Of a stretch of DNA of 64,000 bases, positions 37,640-46,240 are shown piece after piece (position 1 is the first letter of the stretch; each line of letters begins with the position of its first letter). The translations under genes and the position numbers were made by a program. The notes beneath the pieces are model-generated. The model saw only the letters and a program-made list of their open reading frames with translations, ran no database searches and had not been told where the DNA came from. Location: positions 138,328 through 202,327 of the forward strand of contig JBDHJS010000001.1 in assembly GCA_039586795.1 (NCBI GenBank), written 5' to 3'. Source of the stretch: Gemmatimonadota bacterium. GTDB lineage: Bacteria; Gemmatimonadota; Gemmatimonadetes; Palauibacterales; KS3-K002.

Positions 37640-39127
37640 CTACGGCAGACCGTACGAATCCTGAACGGCAGCGATCGAAGCAGCGAGAATCGACTTGAGC
37701 CACTCCGGCGAGTGAACGCCGTTACCGCTGGCCTTGTGCGCTGATACGCTGACGCCGAACACGTTGAAACCAGACCACCATAGACGATCCGACGTGAAGG
37801 CGAGCTGAGCGTTCCATAGCGCACCCTCCGCCACCGTAATCAGTTGGTCCGACGGATCCAGCTCAAGCGTGTCACCCTGCGCTACCACCATGGGCAGCAG
37901 GCCGGCGTCGGCAACGTCCATTGTGTCATTGGCGTTCGAGTCGACCCACAACTGGTCGAGCAACGCGTTGATCTCGTCCCACGTCTCGTTGTACTTGTCG
38001 ATCGGGTCTGCGTGGCAGCCCTCGCAGGCGGTCCAGTCGCGCTCATCGTCCGCACAATCGTGCTCGCCTGAGGGAATCCCGTTCTCGTCCAAGCAGGGGA
38101 TCGCTTCGAACAGATGGCCCACCGATTGGAAGAGGAAGTCGCCCGCTGAGTCCGAGACCTCGAACATGTTGACGTGACAGGTGACGCAGACTTCTGGGTT
38201 TAGCACCGGGCTGGCGTGCCAGTGGAGGCCTGGGTCTTCGAAGCCTGCCGGGATCCAGCCCACGTCCTCATTGAGCACCAGCAGCCCCTGCGCCGCGTGC
38301 GGGCCACGACGATTCGGCGGCGTGCCACGGTTCGCGTGACAGCGGACGCAGAGGTGATCCGTAGTTGAAGTCGAGATCTCGGCGCGCAAATTCGCCTCGA
38401 AGTCGGAGCCGTGCGGATCATGGCAGACCACGCAGACGATCGGCTGGAGAGCGTCCGGGATGAACTTCTCGATGTAGTCCGACGTTTCGAGGAATTTTAT
38501 CTCCAGCGACTTGCGGCCTTCGTGGCATTGGTTGCACCCGTCGCGGCCAGCTGGGTACGAGTTCAAAGTCCCGTGCCTCGACGTCCGCCACTGTTCCACG
38601 AACGGGTGGTGCGTGCCGGAGTGGCATTCACCACAGCCCGTCGTCGCCGCCGTGTCCGCCGTGATCGACGCTAGCGGCTGCGTCGTGGTCGGCGAGTTGA
38701 TGTGATCCCAACCCGAGCTGTGGCAGTTCTCGCATTGGACATCTAGGTAGCGGGGATCGCCGCTTCTTGCGACGGTTGGATCGTTGGTTGCCAGATAGCC
38801 GCTCGCTCCCGTGTCCGGGTTGCCATTCTGGTTGGTCGTGTGGCAACCCTCGCAGAACGCTTGCGCGCCGGGGTTAGCCTGTAGCGTCTCCCAGGCATGT
38901 TGGTGCCCGGTGTCAGACCACCCAGACTGGAAGGTTGCGTGACAATTGCCGCAGGTGGTGAGCTGCGCTTCGGCAACAGCGTAGCCTAAGTACAGCGACA
39001 CTGTGTCGGGCGGAACCGTGCCGTCGGCAAAGGTAGACTCGTCGCTACACCCCACCGCGAAAACCCCCAGCAGGGCCAGCAACGCGACCCACCTCAGGCG
39101 CTCTCTTACTGTAGCTCTCTCACTCAC
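37640..39127 (-). CDS. Nonaheme lipoprotein cytochrome c (paralog B)
   Basis: Lipobox AVG-C; 9 CxxCH; helical C-terminus with GNGVHSP..L..IL..SI; TGGAGG RBS. Confidence 0.9.
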   Translation of the reverse strand: MSERATVRERLRWVALLALLGVFAVGCSDESTFADGTVPPDTVSLYLGYAVAEAQLTTCGNCHATFQSGWSDTGHQHAWETLQANPGAQAFCEGCHTTNQNGNPDTGASGYLATNDPTVARSGDPRYLDVQCENCHSSGWDHINSPTTTQPLASITADTAATTGCGECHSGTHHPFVEQWRTSRHGTLNSYPAGRDGCNQCHEGRKSLEIKFLETSDYIEKFIPDALQPIVCVVCHDPHGSDFEANLRAEISTSTTDHLCVRCHANRGTPPNRRGPHAAQGLLVLNEDVGWIPAGFEDPGLHWHASPVLNPEVCVTCHVNMFEVSDSAGDFLFQSVGHLFEAIPCLDENGIPSGEHDCADDERDWTACEGCHADPIDKYNETWDEINALLDQLWVDSNANDTMDVADAGLLPMVVAQGDTLELDPSDQLITVAEGALWNAQLAFTSDRLWWSGFNVFGVSVSAHKASGNGVHSPEWLKSILAASIAAVQDSYGLP

Positions 39128-39372
39128 AATCCGCCTCCAGAAGAACGGGTGAAAGATGAATGCTGGATGTGAGACTCGGTTTATGGCGACTGTTGTGGTC
39201 GGGTCGAAACAGCACCCGCCTGGTTACAGACAACCTTCAGGCCCTTCGTCTCGATTCAAGATATGATGGCGAATCCCGTTCCCTCTCTTCAGCCATCAAA
39301 AGCGTGACAGCCCGGTCCACACCTTCAGGGCACGGACCGGGCTATGCACACATACTTAATCAGTCTCCCCGC

Positions 39373-40851
39373 CTACGGCGTGAAGTACCAATCGTTCACG
39401 GCATCAATCGATGCGAGCAGCAGCTCGATCAGGTAGTCCGGGTTGTGCACCCCGTTACCGCTCATCTTGTGGGACGAGAACCGGATGCCGAACACATAGG
39501 AGTTGCCACCCCACCACAAGCGGTCGTCCGTGTAGGCGACCTGCCCATTGAACAGTGCGCCCTCCGCAACCGTCACCAAATCGTCGGACGGATCGAGTTC
39601 CACCGTGTCACCCAGCGCGACCACCATGGGCAGCAGGCCCACATCGGCCACATCCATAGTGTCGTTCGCATTAGAGTCGACCCAAAGGATGTCGAGCAGC
39701 ACGTTGATCGAGTCCCACACTGCGTTGTAGTCCGCGATCACCGAGGCCTCATCCGTGTGACACGTCGTGCAGGCGGTCCAGTCACGATCCTCATCGGCGC
39801 ACGGTCCCTCTGTGGGAATGCCCTGGGCATCCAAACATGGGATCGGCTCGAAAAGGTGGCCCACGTTGGTGAAGACGTGATCGCCCGCCGTGTCCGTGAC
39901 CGAGAACATGTTCACGTGGCAGGTCACGCAGAGGCCCTCGTTCAGGATCCCACCGTGCGCGTGGATGCCCGGATCCTCGAAACCAGCCGGGATCCAGCCC
40001 ACGTCGTCGGCCAGCACCAGGAACCCCTGCCCTGCGTGCGTCCCGCGTGTCGACGGAGGCACCGCGTGCCGCGAATGACAACGAACGCACAGGTGGTCAA
40101 ACGACGCGACGTCGATCGGAGCCCGCAGGTTCGCGGCGTAGTCTGTCCCGTGCGGGTCGTGACAGACCACGCAGAGAATCGGGTAGAGGTTGTCCGGATC
40201 GGATTTCTCGACGTAGTTGGACGTCTCGTAGAACTTGACCTCCATCGCCACCCGGCCTTCGTGGCAGGCGTTGCAGCCATCACGGCCAGCTGGGTAGGAG
40301 TTCACTTGCCCGTGCCGCGACTCCTGCCATTGCTCGACGAACGGGTGATGTGAGCCGTTGTGACACTCTCCGCAGCCCGTCGTCGCCGCCGTGTCCGCCA
40401 CGATCGAGCAGAGCGGCGCGTTCGTCAGGTCCGGATCGGCAGCGTGCGTCGCGCCCCCGCCGTGGCAGCTCTCGCACTGCACGTCGTGGAACACGGAGTC
40501 CCCGCTGGCCAGATAGCCGACATCCGTCGTATCCGGGTTGCCCGCCTGGTTCACCGTGTGGCAACCCTCGCAGAACTCCTGTGCGCCGGGGTTGGCCTGC
40601 AGAGTCTCCCAGGCATGCGCATGACCCGTCGTCGCCCATCCGGACTGGTACGTCGCGTGGCACAGGCCACAGGTCGTGAACCCCTCATCCTCGACGAGGT
40701 CCGTGTAGCCCAGGTAGCCTTGCCCGCCCTGCGGCGGAACGATTCCCGGGTCCTCACAGGCCGGACAATCGTCGTCGCAAGCGACGAAGCCCAGGGCCAG
40801 GACCAGCGGCACAGCGAGCAGCCAAGTTCTCCTTGTAGCTCTCTCTCTCAC
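39373..40851 (-). CDS. Nonaheme lipoprotein cytochrome c (paralog A)
   Basis: Lipobox FVA-C; 9 CxxCH; GNGVHNPDY..ELL..SI; long blocks identical to paralog B. Confidence 0.9.
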   Translation of the reverse strand: MRERATRRTWLLAVPLVLALGFVACDDDCPACEDPGIVPPQGGQGYLGYTDLVEDEGFTTCGLCHATYQSGWATTGHAHAWETLQANPGAQEFCEGCHTVNQAGNPDTTDVGYLASGDSVFHDVQCESCHGGGATHAADPDLTNAPLCSIVADTAATTGCGECHNGSHHPFVEQWQESRHGQVNSYPAGRDGCNACHEGRVAMEVKFYETSNYVEKSDPDNLYPILCVVCHDPHGTDYAANLRAPIDVASFDHLCVRCHSRHAVPPSTRGTHAGQGFLVLADDVGWIPAGFEDPGIHAHGGILNEGLCVTCHVNMFSVTDTAGDHVFTNVGHLFEPIPCLDAQGIPTEGPCADEDRDWTACTTCHTDEASVIADYNAVWDSINVLLDILWVDSNANDTMDVADVGLLPMVVALGDTVELDPSDDLVTVAEGALFNGQVAYTDDRLWWGGNSYVFGIRFSSHKMSGNGVHNPDYLIELLLASIDAVNDWYFTP

Positions 40852-40961
40852 AGTCGCCTCCAGAGAAACAAAGGTTGATACGAACTACGAAAGTAGAAAA
40901 TAGAACAAATTCAGGCGCTGAATCCGCCAAACTGGAAACAAAGCATCAACCGCATATCGGA

Positions 40962-41020
40962 TGCACTAATCAGGCCGAAGCTGACACACGAGCTAACCTC
41001 TTCAGGAGTAATGGGTTAGC
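40962..41020 (-). promoter_or_regulatory. sigma54-type promoter of the porin-cytochrome operon with upstream palindrome
   Basis: Minus strand CGGCCTGATTAGTGCA (GG-N10-GC, 40977-40962); GCTAACC-N15-GGTTAGC at 40992-41020. Confidence 0.5.
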
Positions 41021-41335
41021 CAAGGCGTCCCTGCCGAGCAGGGGTTCGGCAAGGGGCAGAGTGTCACAAAGAGGGGCTAATCAGCGAGGAATCATTCTCA
41101 ACATTGATAGTGGCGCCGCTCCATTATATGAAGACAGTGAGACATCTGGCAATAGGCTGGCGTGCTTCCCACGGCCGTCCGGGCTAGCCGCTCGTGGAGC
41201 TGGGATCCCCCCTATATGCCGGCCCCGACACAATCTTTTCACGACCCTGGCCAGCGCTGGCGCCATGCAACGGCATGGTGTAGAATAGGGACGCACATCG
41301 CAAATAAAACTCAAGTACTTAGACAGGAAGGCCCC

Positions 41336-41920
41336 ATGCGGAAACTGATTACGCTGGCGTCACTGGTAGGTATCGCCGTGGCTGCTGGCTGCAGCGGCAC
41401 GGCCACTGGCGGAGGCGCTTCGATGCCGCGCCACGTTCCACAGCCCGAAGATGCCGTCAACCCGATTATCCTGAAGTTCGAGGGCGGTTACAGCCACGTG
41501 GACGTCACCAACGTGGTGATCAGTGCGCTGACCTCCCAAGGGATCGAGCTGTTCCAGCAGCGGCCAGAGGACGGTCTGGTCGAGACGCGTTGGCTGGACA
41601 CGGGAACCTGGGATCCGACGAAAGCCGCGATGAATCTGCCGGCGAACGAGCGCAGAGTGACCTTCCTGTTCCAGGCCGGTCGCGGAGTGGACCCAGAGAC
41701 TCAGGAGGTCTACGGGATGGGCCTGGTAGCGCTGGCCTTTTATCAGCCCGACCCGAACCGGGCGCGCACCCAGCCGCGGACGTATCGGGAGAACGTGCCC
41801 ACGTCGCACGCCGGGTATCAGCTGCTTCTACGGGTACAGTCGGTGATCAACCAGAAGCTCACCGCAGAAGGTATCCCGTTCGAGATGATTCAGCCGAAGA
41901 GCATTGGCGGCGAGGAATAA
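41336..41920 (+). CDS. Hypothetical lipoprotein
   Basis: MRK + hydrophobic stretch + AAG-C lipobox; DGLVETRW segment. Confidence 0.75.
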   Translation: MRKLITLASLVGIAVAAGCSGTATGGGASMPRHVPQPEDAVNPIILKFEGGYSHVDVTNVVISALTSQGIELFQQRPEDGLVETRWLDTGTWDPTKAAMNLPANERRVTFLFQAGRGVDPETQEVYGMGLVALAFYQPDPNRARTQPRTYRENVPTSHAGYQLLLRVQSVINQKLTAEGIPFEMIQPKSIGGEE

Positions 41921-41948
41921 GGGCACTCGAAGAGCAACAAGAAAAAGT

Positions 41949-41990
41949 GGAGAGGACGCTTGGGTTATGCGTCCTCTCCCTTTTTGTTTT
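41949..41990 (+). terminator. Rho-independent terminator (probably bidirectional)
   Basis: GGAGAGGACGC-N9-GCGTCCTCTCC then TTTTTGTTTT; A-tract on the other side. Confidence 0.85.
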
Positions 41991-42085
41991 GCAGTCTGTT
42001 GAACACTGAATATTGTACACCCATCACGGAACGTTGAAGGGACCTTCAAACGTTGGACGGTCTCTGTCCGATGTTCAATGTTCGG

Positions 42086-43060
42086 CTAGCCGCCTCTGCC
42101 GTCCGTGCTCTGAGTGACCATGTTCTTGCCGGCGTGTTTCGAGGCGTAGAGCGCGCGGTCGGCGTTGGCCACCAGCCCATCGTAGTCCTTGCCATCCTGC
42201 GGAAAGCAGGCCACACCAAGCGAGATCGTTGCTCCAGCGCACTTCTCACAAGCCGCGACTTCGGCGCGCAACCGTTCTGCCAAAGCACCCGCCTCGTCTC
42301 GATCCGTCTCGGGTAGCATGATGACGAATTCATCTCCACCCCACCGACAGACCAGATCGCTGCCCCGCAGGTGCGTAACCAGAGTGCGGCCGATGGCCGT
42401 CAGCGTATAGTCGGCCTCCACATGGCCCAGACTGTCGTTGATGTCCTTGAAGTTGTCGACATCGACGAAGACGACGGAGAACGGCCGCCCTGTGCGGTCG
42501 CTGCGCTTGAGCTCAGCGGCGAGCGCCTCTCTGAAGCGACGAGAGTTGCCCAGCCCGGTCAGCGGATCGGTGATCGCCTGCTTCTCGATCTCGGTTTGGA
42601 ACGCGCTGAAGTAACCGTCCGCCAGCGCGAACAGGACCCGGTCGATGCAGCGGTTCAGGCGGCTCATTAAGTCGAAGAACGGCCTGTCGCTCTCCCGAAA
42701 GCTCTCCCGAGAAGCGAGGATGAGCTGCTGACGAAGACGCATGTAGGCGTCCATAGCGGTGCTGAGCGTGCCACCGCCCTGCACGTGCTTTTCAGCGATC
42801 CGCCGACCGATCTTCTGGTTTTCGCCTTCACCCAGGAAGCTGCGATAGGATCGGGGATTCTTTAGAACCTCCACGATTCCGGCGACCAGGCTTTCGACTT
42901 CAGCTTCGAGGCCCTGAATGGGAGACGGCTCGCCGCGGTCCTCCGCGCGGCGCTCAAAGGCCTTAGCCCACCGTTCCGCCAGTTCCGCGGTGTCTACTTC
43001 CAGCGCGTCTGCGGCCTTGCCGAAGACAGCTTCTCGAGCACGCTGGGGAGATGGAGCCAT
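42086..43060 (-). CDS. Diguanylate cyclase with N-terminal helical (RsbRD_N/globin-like) domain
   Basis: DPLTGL.N, DVDNFK.IND.LGH, I-site RGSD, RWGGDEF, ADRALY.SK. Confidence 0.92.
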   Translation of the reverse strand: MAPSPQRAREAVFGKAADALEVDTAELAERWAKAFERRAEDRGEPSPIQGLEAEVESLVAGIVEVLKNPRSYRSFLGEGENQKIGRRIAEKHVQGGGTLSTAMDAYMRLRQQLILASRESFRESDRPFFDLMSRLNRCIDRVLFALADGYFSAFQTEIEKQAITDPLTGLGNSRRFREALAAELKRSDRTGRPFSVVFVDVDNFKDINDSLGHVEADYTLTAIGRTLVTHLRGSDLVCRWGGDEFVIMLPETDRDEAGALAERLRAEVAACEKCAGATISLGVACFPQDGKDYDGLVANADRALYASKHAGKNMVTQSTDGRGG

Positions 43061-43196
43061 TCGGCTCTCCATTCGCGATAGGTTTGCAGTTTTCTTTTGC
43101 GGCGGGCTGTTTGAACGGTTGTTCGTCAGGAAATAGAACACCTTTCCATATCGGTGGTCAAGCGCTGTGTTCTCGTCATACACACCACACAATACC

Positions 43197-43961
43197 TCAC
43201 CAAAGGGCCCCGCCGATCACGCACAGGAGCGCCCCCACCTGCGTCGCGAGGAAGTTGACGGCATCGTTGTCCAGGCCCGGGAGACCAGATATGCGCTCAG
43301 CGGTCGCGGGACAGTCCGCGTGCCGCGCTACTTCCGGGGATGAGCCGCACTCAGGGCACCTGTAACCGGCCTGTGGCCCGGCGCCGAGAAGCGAATCAAA
43401 GAGCGAGCCCGCCAGACCCGATATCGCCACCACCAATGCACACCGAAGGCCCCCCTCACCAAGCAGCCAGGCCCCGGCCGCGCCCACCGCACACGCACCG
43501 ACAGCCGACCCGACGGTTCCGGGTAGCGAGATGGCACCGGATGTTCCGGGTTCTTGCACCTCAAAGGTCAGAATCGAGCGCGGCCGCGCCCCGGAGCGCA
43601 CGCCGATCTCCGTGGCCCAGGTGTCCGCTGTGGCGGCGGCGAGCGCGCCGAGAAAGCCCAGCCCCGCCAGCGGGTGGAACGGGATCATGACGGCGGCGAG
43701 AGCGGCGACCGAGCCATTGGCCAGGACCTGCCGAGCGCCGCGCCGGCTGCGTTCGTTGCCACCCGATAGGGCGGAGAGAGCGCTCGAGCTCACGAAGAAG
43801 AACACGAGGATGGCGGCTGCGTTCAGCCCCCCGAACCCGAACACGGCCGCACCGACAGCGGTACCGGCGATCGTCCCACCACGGTCGAGGGCCCCTAACC
43901 GCCATGCGCCGACGGACACTATCGCTGCAGCTGCAAACGCTATGAGGGCTTGAAGCGCCAC
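43197..43961 (-). CDS. DUF92 (TMEM19-like) membrane protein
   Basis: R.ARQVLANG, ATADTWATEIG, GTSGAIS..G, DSLLGA, DNDAVN. Confidence 0.9.
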   Translation of the reverse strand: MALQALIAFAAAAIVSVGAWRLGALDRGGTIAGTAVGAAVFGFGGLNAAAILVFFFVSSSALSALSGGNERSRRGARQVLANGSVAALAAVMIPFHPLAGLGFLGALAAATADTWATEIGVRSGARPRSILTFEVQEPGTSGAISLPGTVGSAVGACAVGAAGAWLLGEGGLRCALVVAISGLAGSLFDSLLGAGPQAGYRCPECGSSPEVARHADCPATAERISGLPGLDNDAVNFLATQVGALLCVIGGALW

Positions 43962-44047
43962 TCGTCGTCTCTTCTTCCTTCGCTACGTTGACCGCTGCCG
44001 TTTCTCGCGACCTTGCGATAGGACAAAGGGAGCTTATTCTCGGATCG

Positions 44048-45532
44048 ATGTCTGAGTCGCGCAATGACTCCGCCCAACCCGCCTATCGAACTCGCTGGAT
44101 TATCGCCGGGCCGATCGTCTTCTTTTTCTTGCTGTTGGGGCCGCAGCCCGAAGGCGTGACGCCGCAAGGTCAAGCAACGCTGGCGATGGCGGGTTGGATG
44201 GCCGTCTGGTGGCTAACCGTGGCCATCCCCCTGGCGGTGACCGCGTTGCTGCCGCTCGTCTTGATCCCGGCCCTCGGGATCGGAACAGCGGCCGCCGCCG
44301 CCGGCCCGTACGCCAACCCGGTGATCTTCCTTTTCATGGGCGGTTTCTTCATCGCCGCCGCCATGCAGCGCTGGGATCTACACCGTCGTGTGGCGCTGGC
44401 CGTAGTCAGGCGGACCGGAACATCCCCGCGCCGTCTGGTTGCCGGCTTCATGATCGCCTGCGCGTTGTTGAGCATGTGGATGTCGAACACGGCGGCAGTA
44501 CTGATGATGATGCCGATCGGCATCGCGGTGTTGAGCCTGATACCCGCCGTGCCGACCGAAGGTAAGACGGGATCGGAGCGGCTCGGCGTAGCGCTGATGC
44601 TCGGGATCGCCTATGCCGGCTCGATCGGCGGTGTATCAACGCTGATCGGTACGCCGCCCAACGCCGTTCTTGCCGGTCTGGCCGACGAACTGCTGGGCGT
44701 CGACGTATCGTTTGCCAGGTGGATGACCATCGGACTCCCGGTCAGCGCGGCGATGCTGATCGCATGTTGGGCGCTGCTCTGCTTCGTCCTGTATCGGCTA
44801 CCGGGGCGATCGATCGCCGGCGCCGACGAGGTCATCGAGGCGGAGCGGGCGAAGTTAGGGCCGTGGCACTCGGCAGAACGGGCGACGGCCATCGTCTTCT
44901 TACTAGCGGCGCTGTCCTGGATTCTTCGATCGCCGAAGCAAATAGGCGTGATTACGATTCCCGGCATCCAGACGCTGCTCCCGCAGGTCGGCGACTCGAC
45001 GATCGCCATCGCTGCCGGGCTATTGCTCTTCTTGTGGCCTGCCCGAGACCGGTCGGGACGTAGAACACGCGTCCTTGACTGGGGAACGGCTGCGAGAATA
45101 CCGTGGGACATCCTCGTGCTGTTCGGCGGCGGCCTCTCGCTTGCCTCCGCCTTCGCATCGACGGGGTTGACGGGGTGGCTGGGCGGGGAGCTCGCCGTAA
45201 TGGCTGGCCTTCCAGACCTCCTGATATTAGCGGCCGTGGCGACGACCTTCGTGTTCCTTACCGAGATCACGTCGAACACGGCAACTGCCACTCTCGGACT
45301 GCCGGTTATGGCGGCACTCGGCCCGGCGGTGGGAGTGGAGCCGTTGGCTCTGATGGCGGCGGCGGCGATGGGAGCATCGATGGCCTTTATGCTGCCGGTC
45401 GCGACGCCTCCGAACGCCATAGTATTTGGGACCGGTTACATTCCGCCGGCTGAGATGCGGCGAACGGGTTTCTGGTTGAACTGGATCGGGATAATCGTGA
45501 TTACCGCGGCGATAGGTATTGCTTTTGGGTGA
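44048..45532 (+). CDS. DASS/SLC13 dicarboxylate-anion symporter
   Basis: LSMWMSNTA, TLIGTPPN, TEITSNTAT, FMLPVATPPNAIV. Confidence 0.94.
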   Translation: MSESRNDSAQPAYRTRWIIAGPIVFFFLLLGPQPEGVTPQGQATLAMAGWMAVWWLTVAIPLAVTALLPLVLIPALGIGTAAAAAGPYANPVIFLFMGGFFIAAAMQRWDLHRRVALAVVRRTGTSPRRLVAGFMIACALLSMWMSNTAAVLMMMPIGIAVLSLIPAVPTEGKTGSERLGVALMLGIAYAGSIGGVSTLIGTPPNAVLAGLADELLGVDVSFARWMTIGLPVSAAMLIACWALLCFVLYRLPGRSIAGADEVIEAERAKLGPWHSAERATAIVFLLAALSWILRSPKQIGVITIPGIQTLLPQVGDSTIAIAAGLLLFLWPARDRSGRRTRVLDWGTAARIPWDILVLFGGGLSLASAFASTGLTGWLGGELAVMAGLPDLLILAAVATTFVFLTEITSNTATATLGLPVMAALGPAVGVEPLALMAAAAMGASMAFMLPVATPPNAIVFGTGYIPPAEMRRTGFWLNWIGIIVITAAIGIAFG

Positions 45533-45536
45533 CGTG

Positions 45537-46163
45537 ATGAGCGAAGCGACCGGCAGAATAGACGCCAGATTGCCTCTCGCGCTGCTGCGGGCGATACAAC
45601 AACAGGATACGCCTCCGCAGTTGATGCCGGAGGAGAATCCCCAGCAATTCTTCCCCCATCGGCTGGGGCTGAGCGGCGTTGTCGACGTCCAGATCAGCGA
45701 GTTTCGAAGGCTGGCCAGGTTGCGTCGTAGCGTAGACCAAAAAAGGGTCGAGGCACTTCTCGAGCTCATCGCGCGCCGCTCGGATGCCAGCGACGTGTTC
45801 ACCGATGCCGGTCGCCAGCTCGCCCGCTACCATTTTTCAGGTCCGCTCGGCGCCTTCCGGCGCCTCAGGCGTCGGCTGCCGCAGGCATTTCGCCGACGTG
45901 CCGCGCTGAAGGCGTTGCGAAAGGTACACCACGCCTTCTTGGTCGCCTCGCAGTCTTCCGTCCAGAATGATCCGATAGAAATCCACGCCACCGATGCGCT
46001 CACCGCGCGAGTCGGCGAGTACGGCGGCGCCTGCAAGATGTACGGCTCGCTAGCCGCGGGGCTGCTGGAGGCATCGGGAGTCGGGCCGGTGCGGGTGACG
46101 CACTCGGAGTGTCAGCGGTTGGGGGCGAGGAAGTGTGTTTGGGTTGTCGAGGAGGGCAAGTAG
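45537..46163 (+). CDS. Hypothetical protein with C-terminal V4R-like motif
   Basis: C..YG....GLLE...VRVTHSECQRLGARKCVW. Confidence 0.55.
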   Translation: MSEATGRIDARLPLALLRAIQQQDTPPQLMPEENPQQFFPHRLGLSGVVDVQISEFRRLARLRRSVDQKRVEALLELIARRSDASDVFTDAGRQLARYHFSGPLGAFRRLRRRLPQAFRRRAALKALRKVHHAFLVASQSSVQNDPIEIHATDALTARVGEYGGACKMYGSLAAGLLEASGVGPVRVTHSECQRLGARKCVWVVEEGK

Positions 46164-46240
46164 GGAATGGGGAGTAGAGTGTAGCGGGTAGGGGGTAACT
46201 CTCAACTCCCCACCCCCTACGCCCAACCCACAACACTCAA
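46161..46240. repeat. Degenerate heptamer array, G-rich half followed by complementary C-rich half
   Basis: TAGGGAA TGGGGAG TAGAGTG TAGCGGG TAGGGGG ... CAACTCC ... CAACCCA CAACACT. Confidence 0.65.

Noticed and set aside
37640..40851. Calling the lipoproteins NrfA, HAO or octaheme nitrite reductase
   Set aside because: No CxxCK motif; nine CxxCH, a lipobox and the porin context favour an electron-conduit role
41086..41104. Fur-box-like GAGGAATCATTCTCAA
   Set aside because: Only one half matches the 7-1-7 pattern; cannot be supported without a PWM
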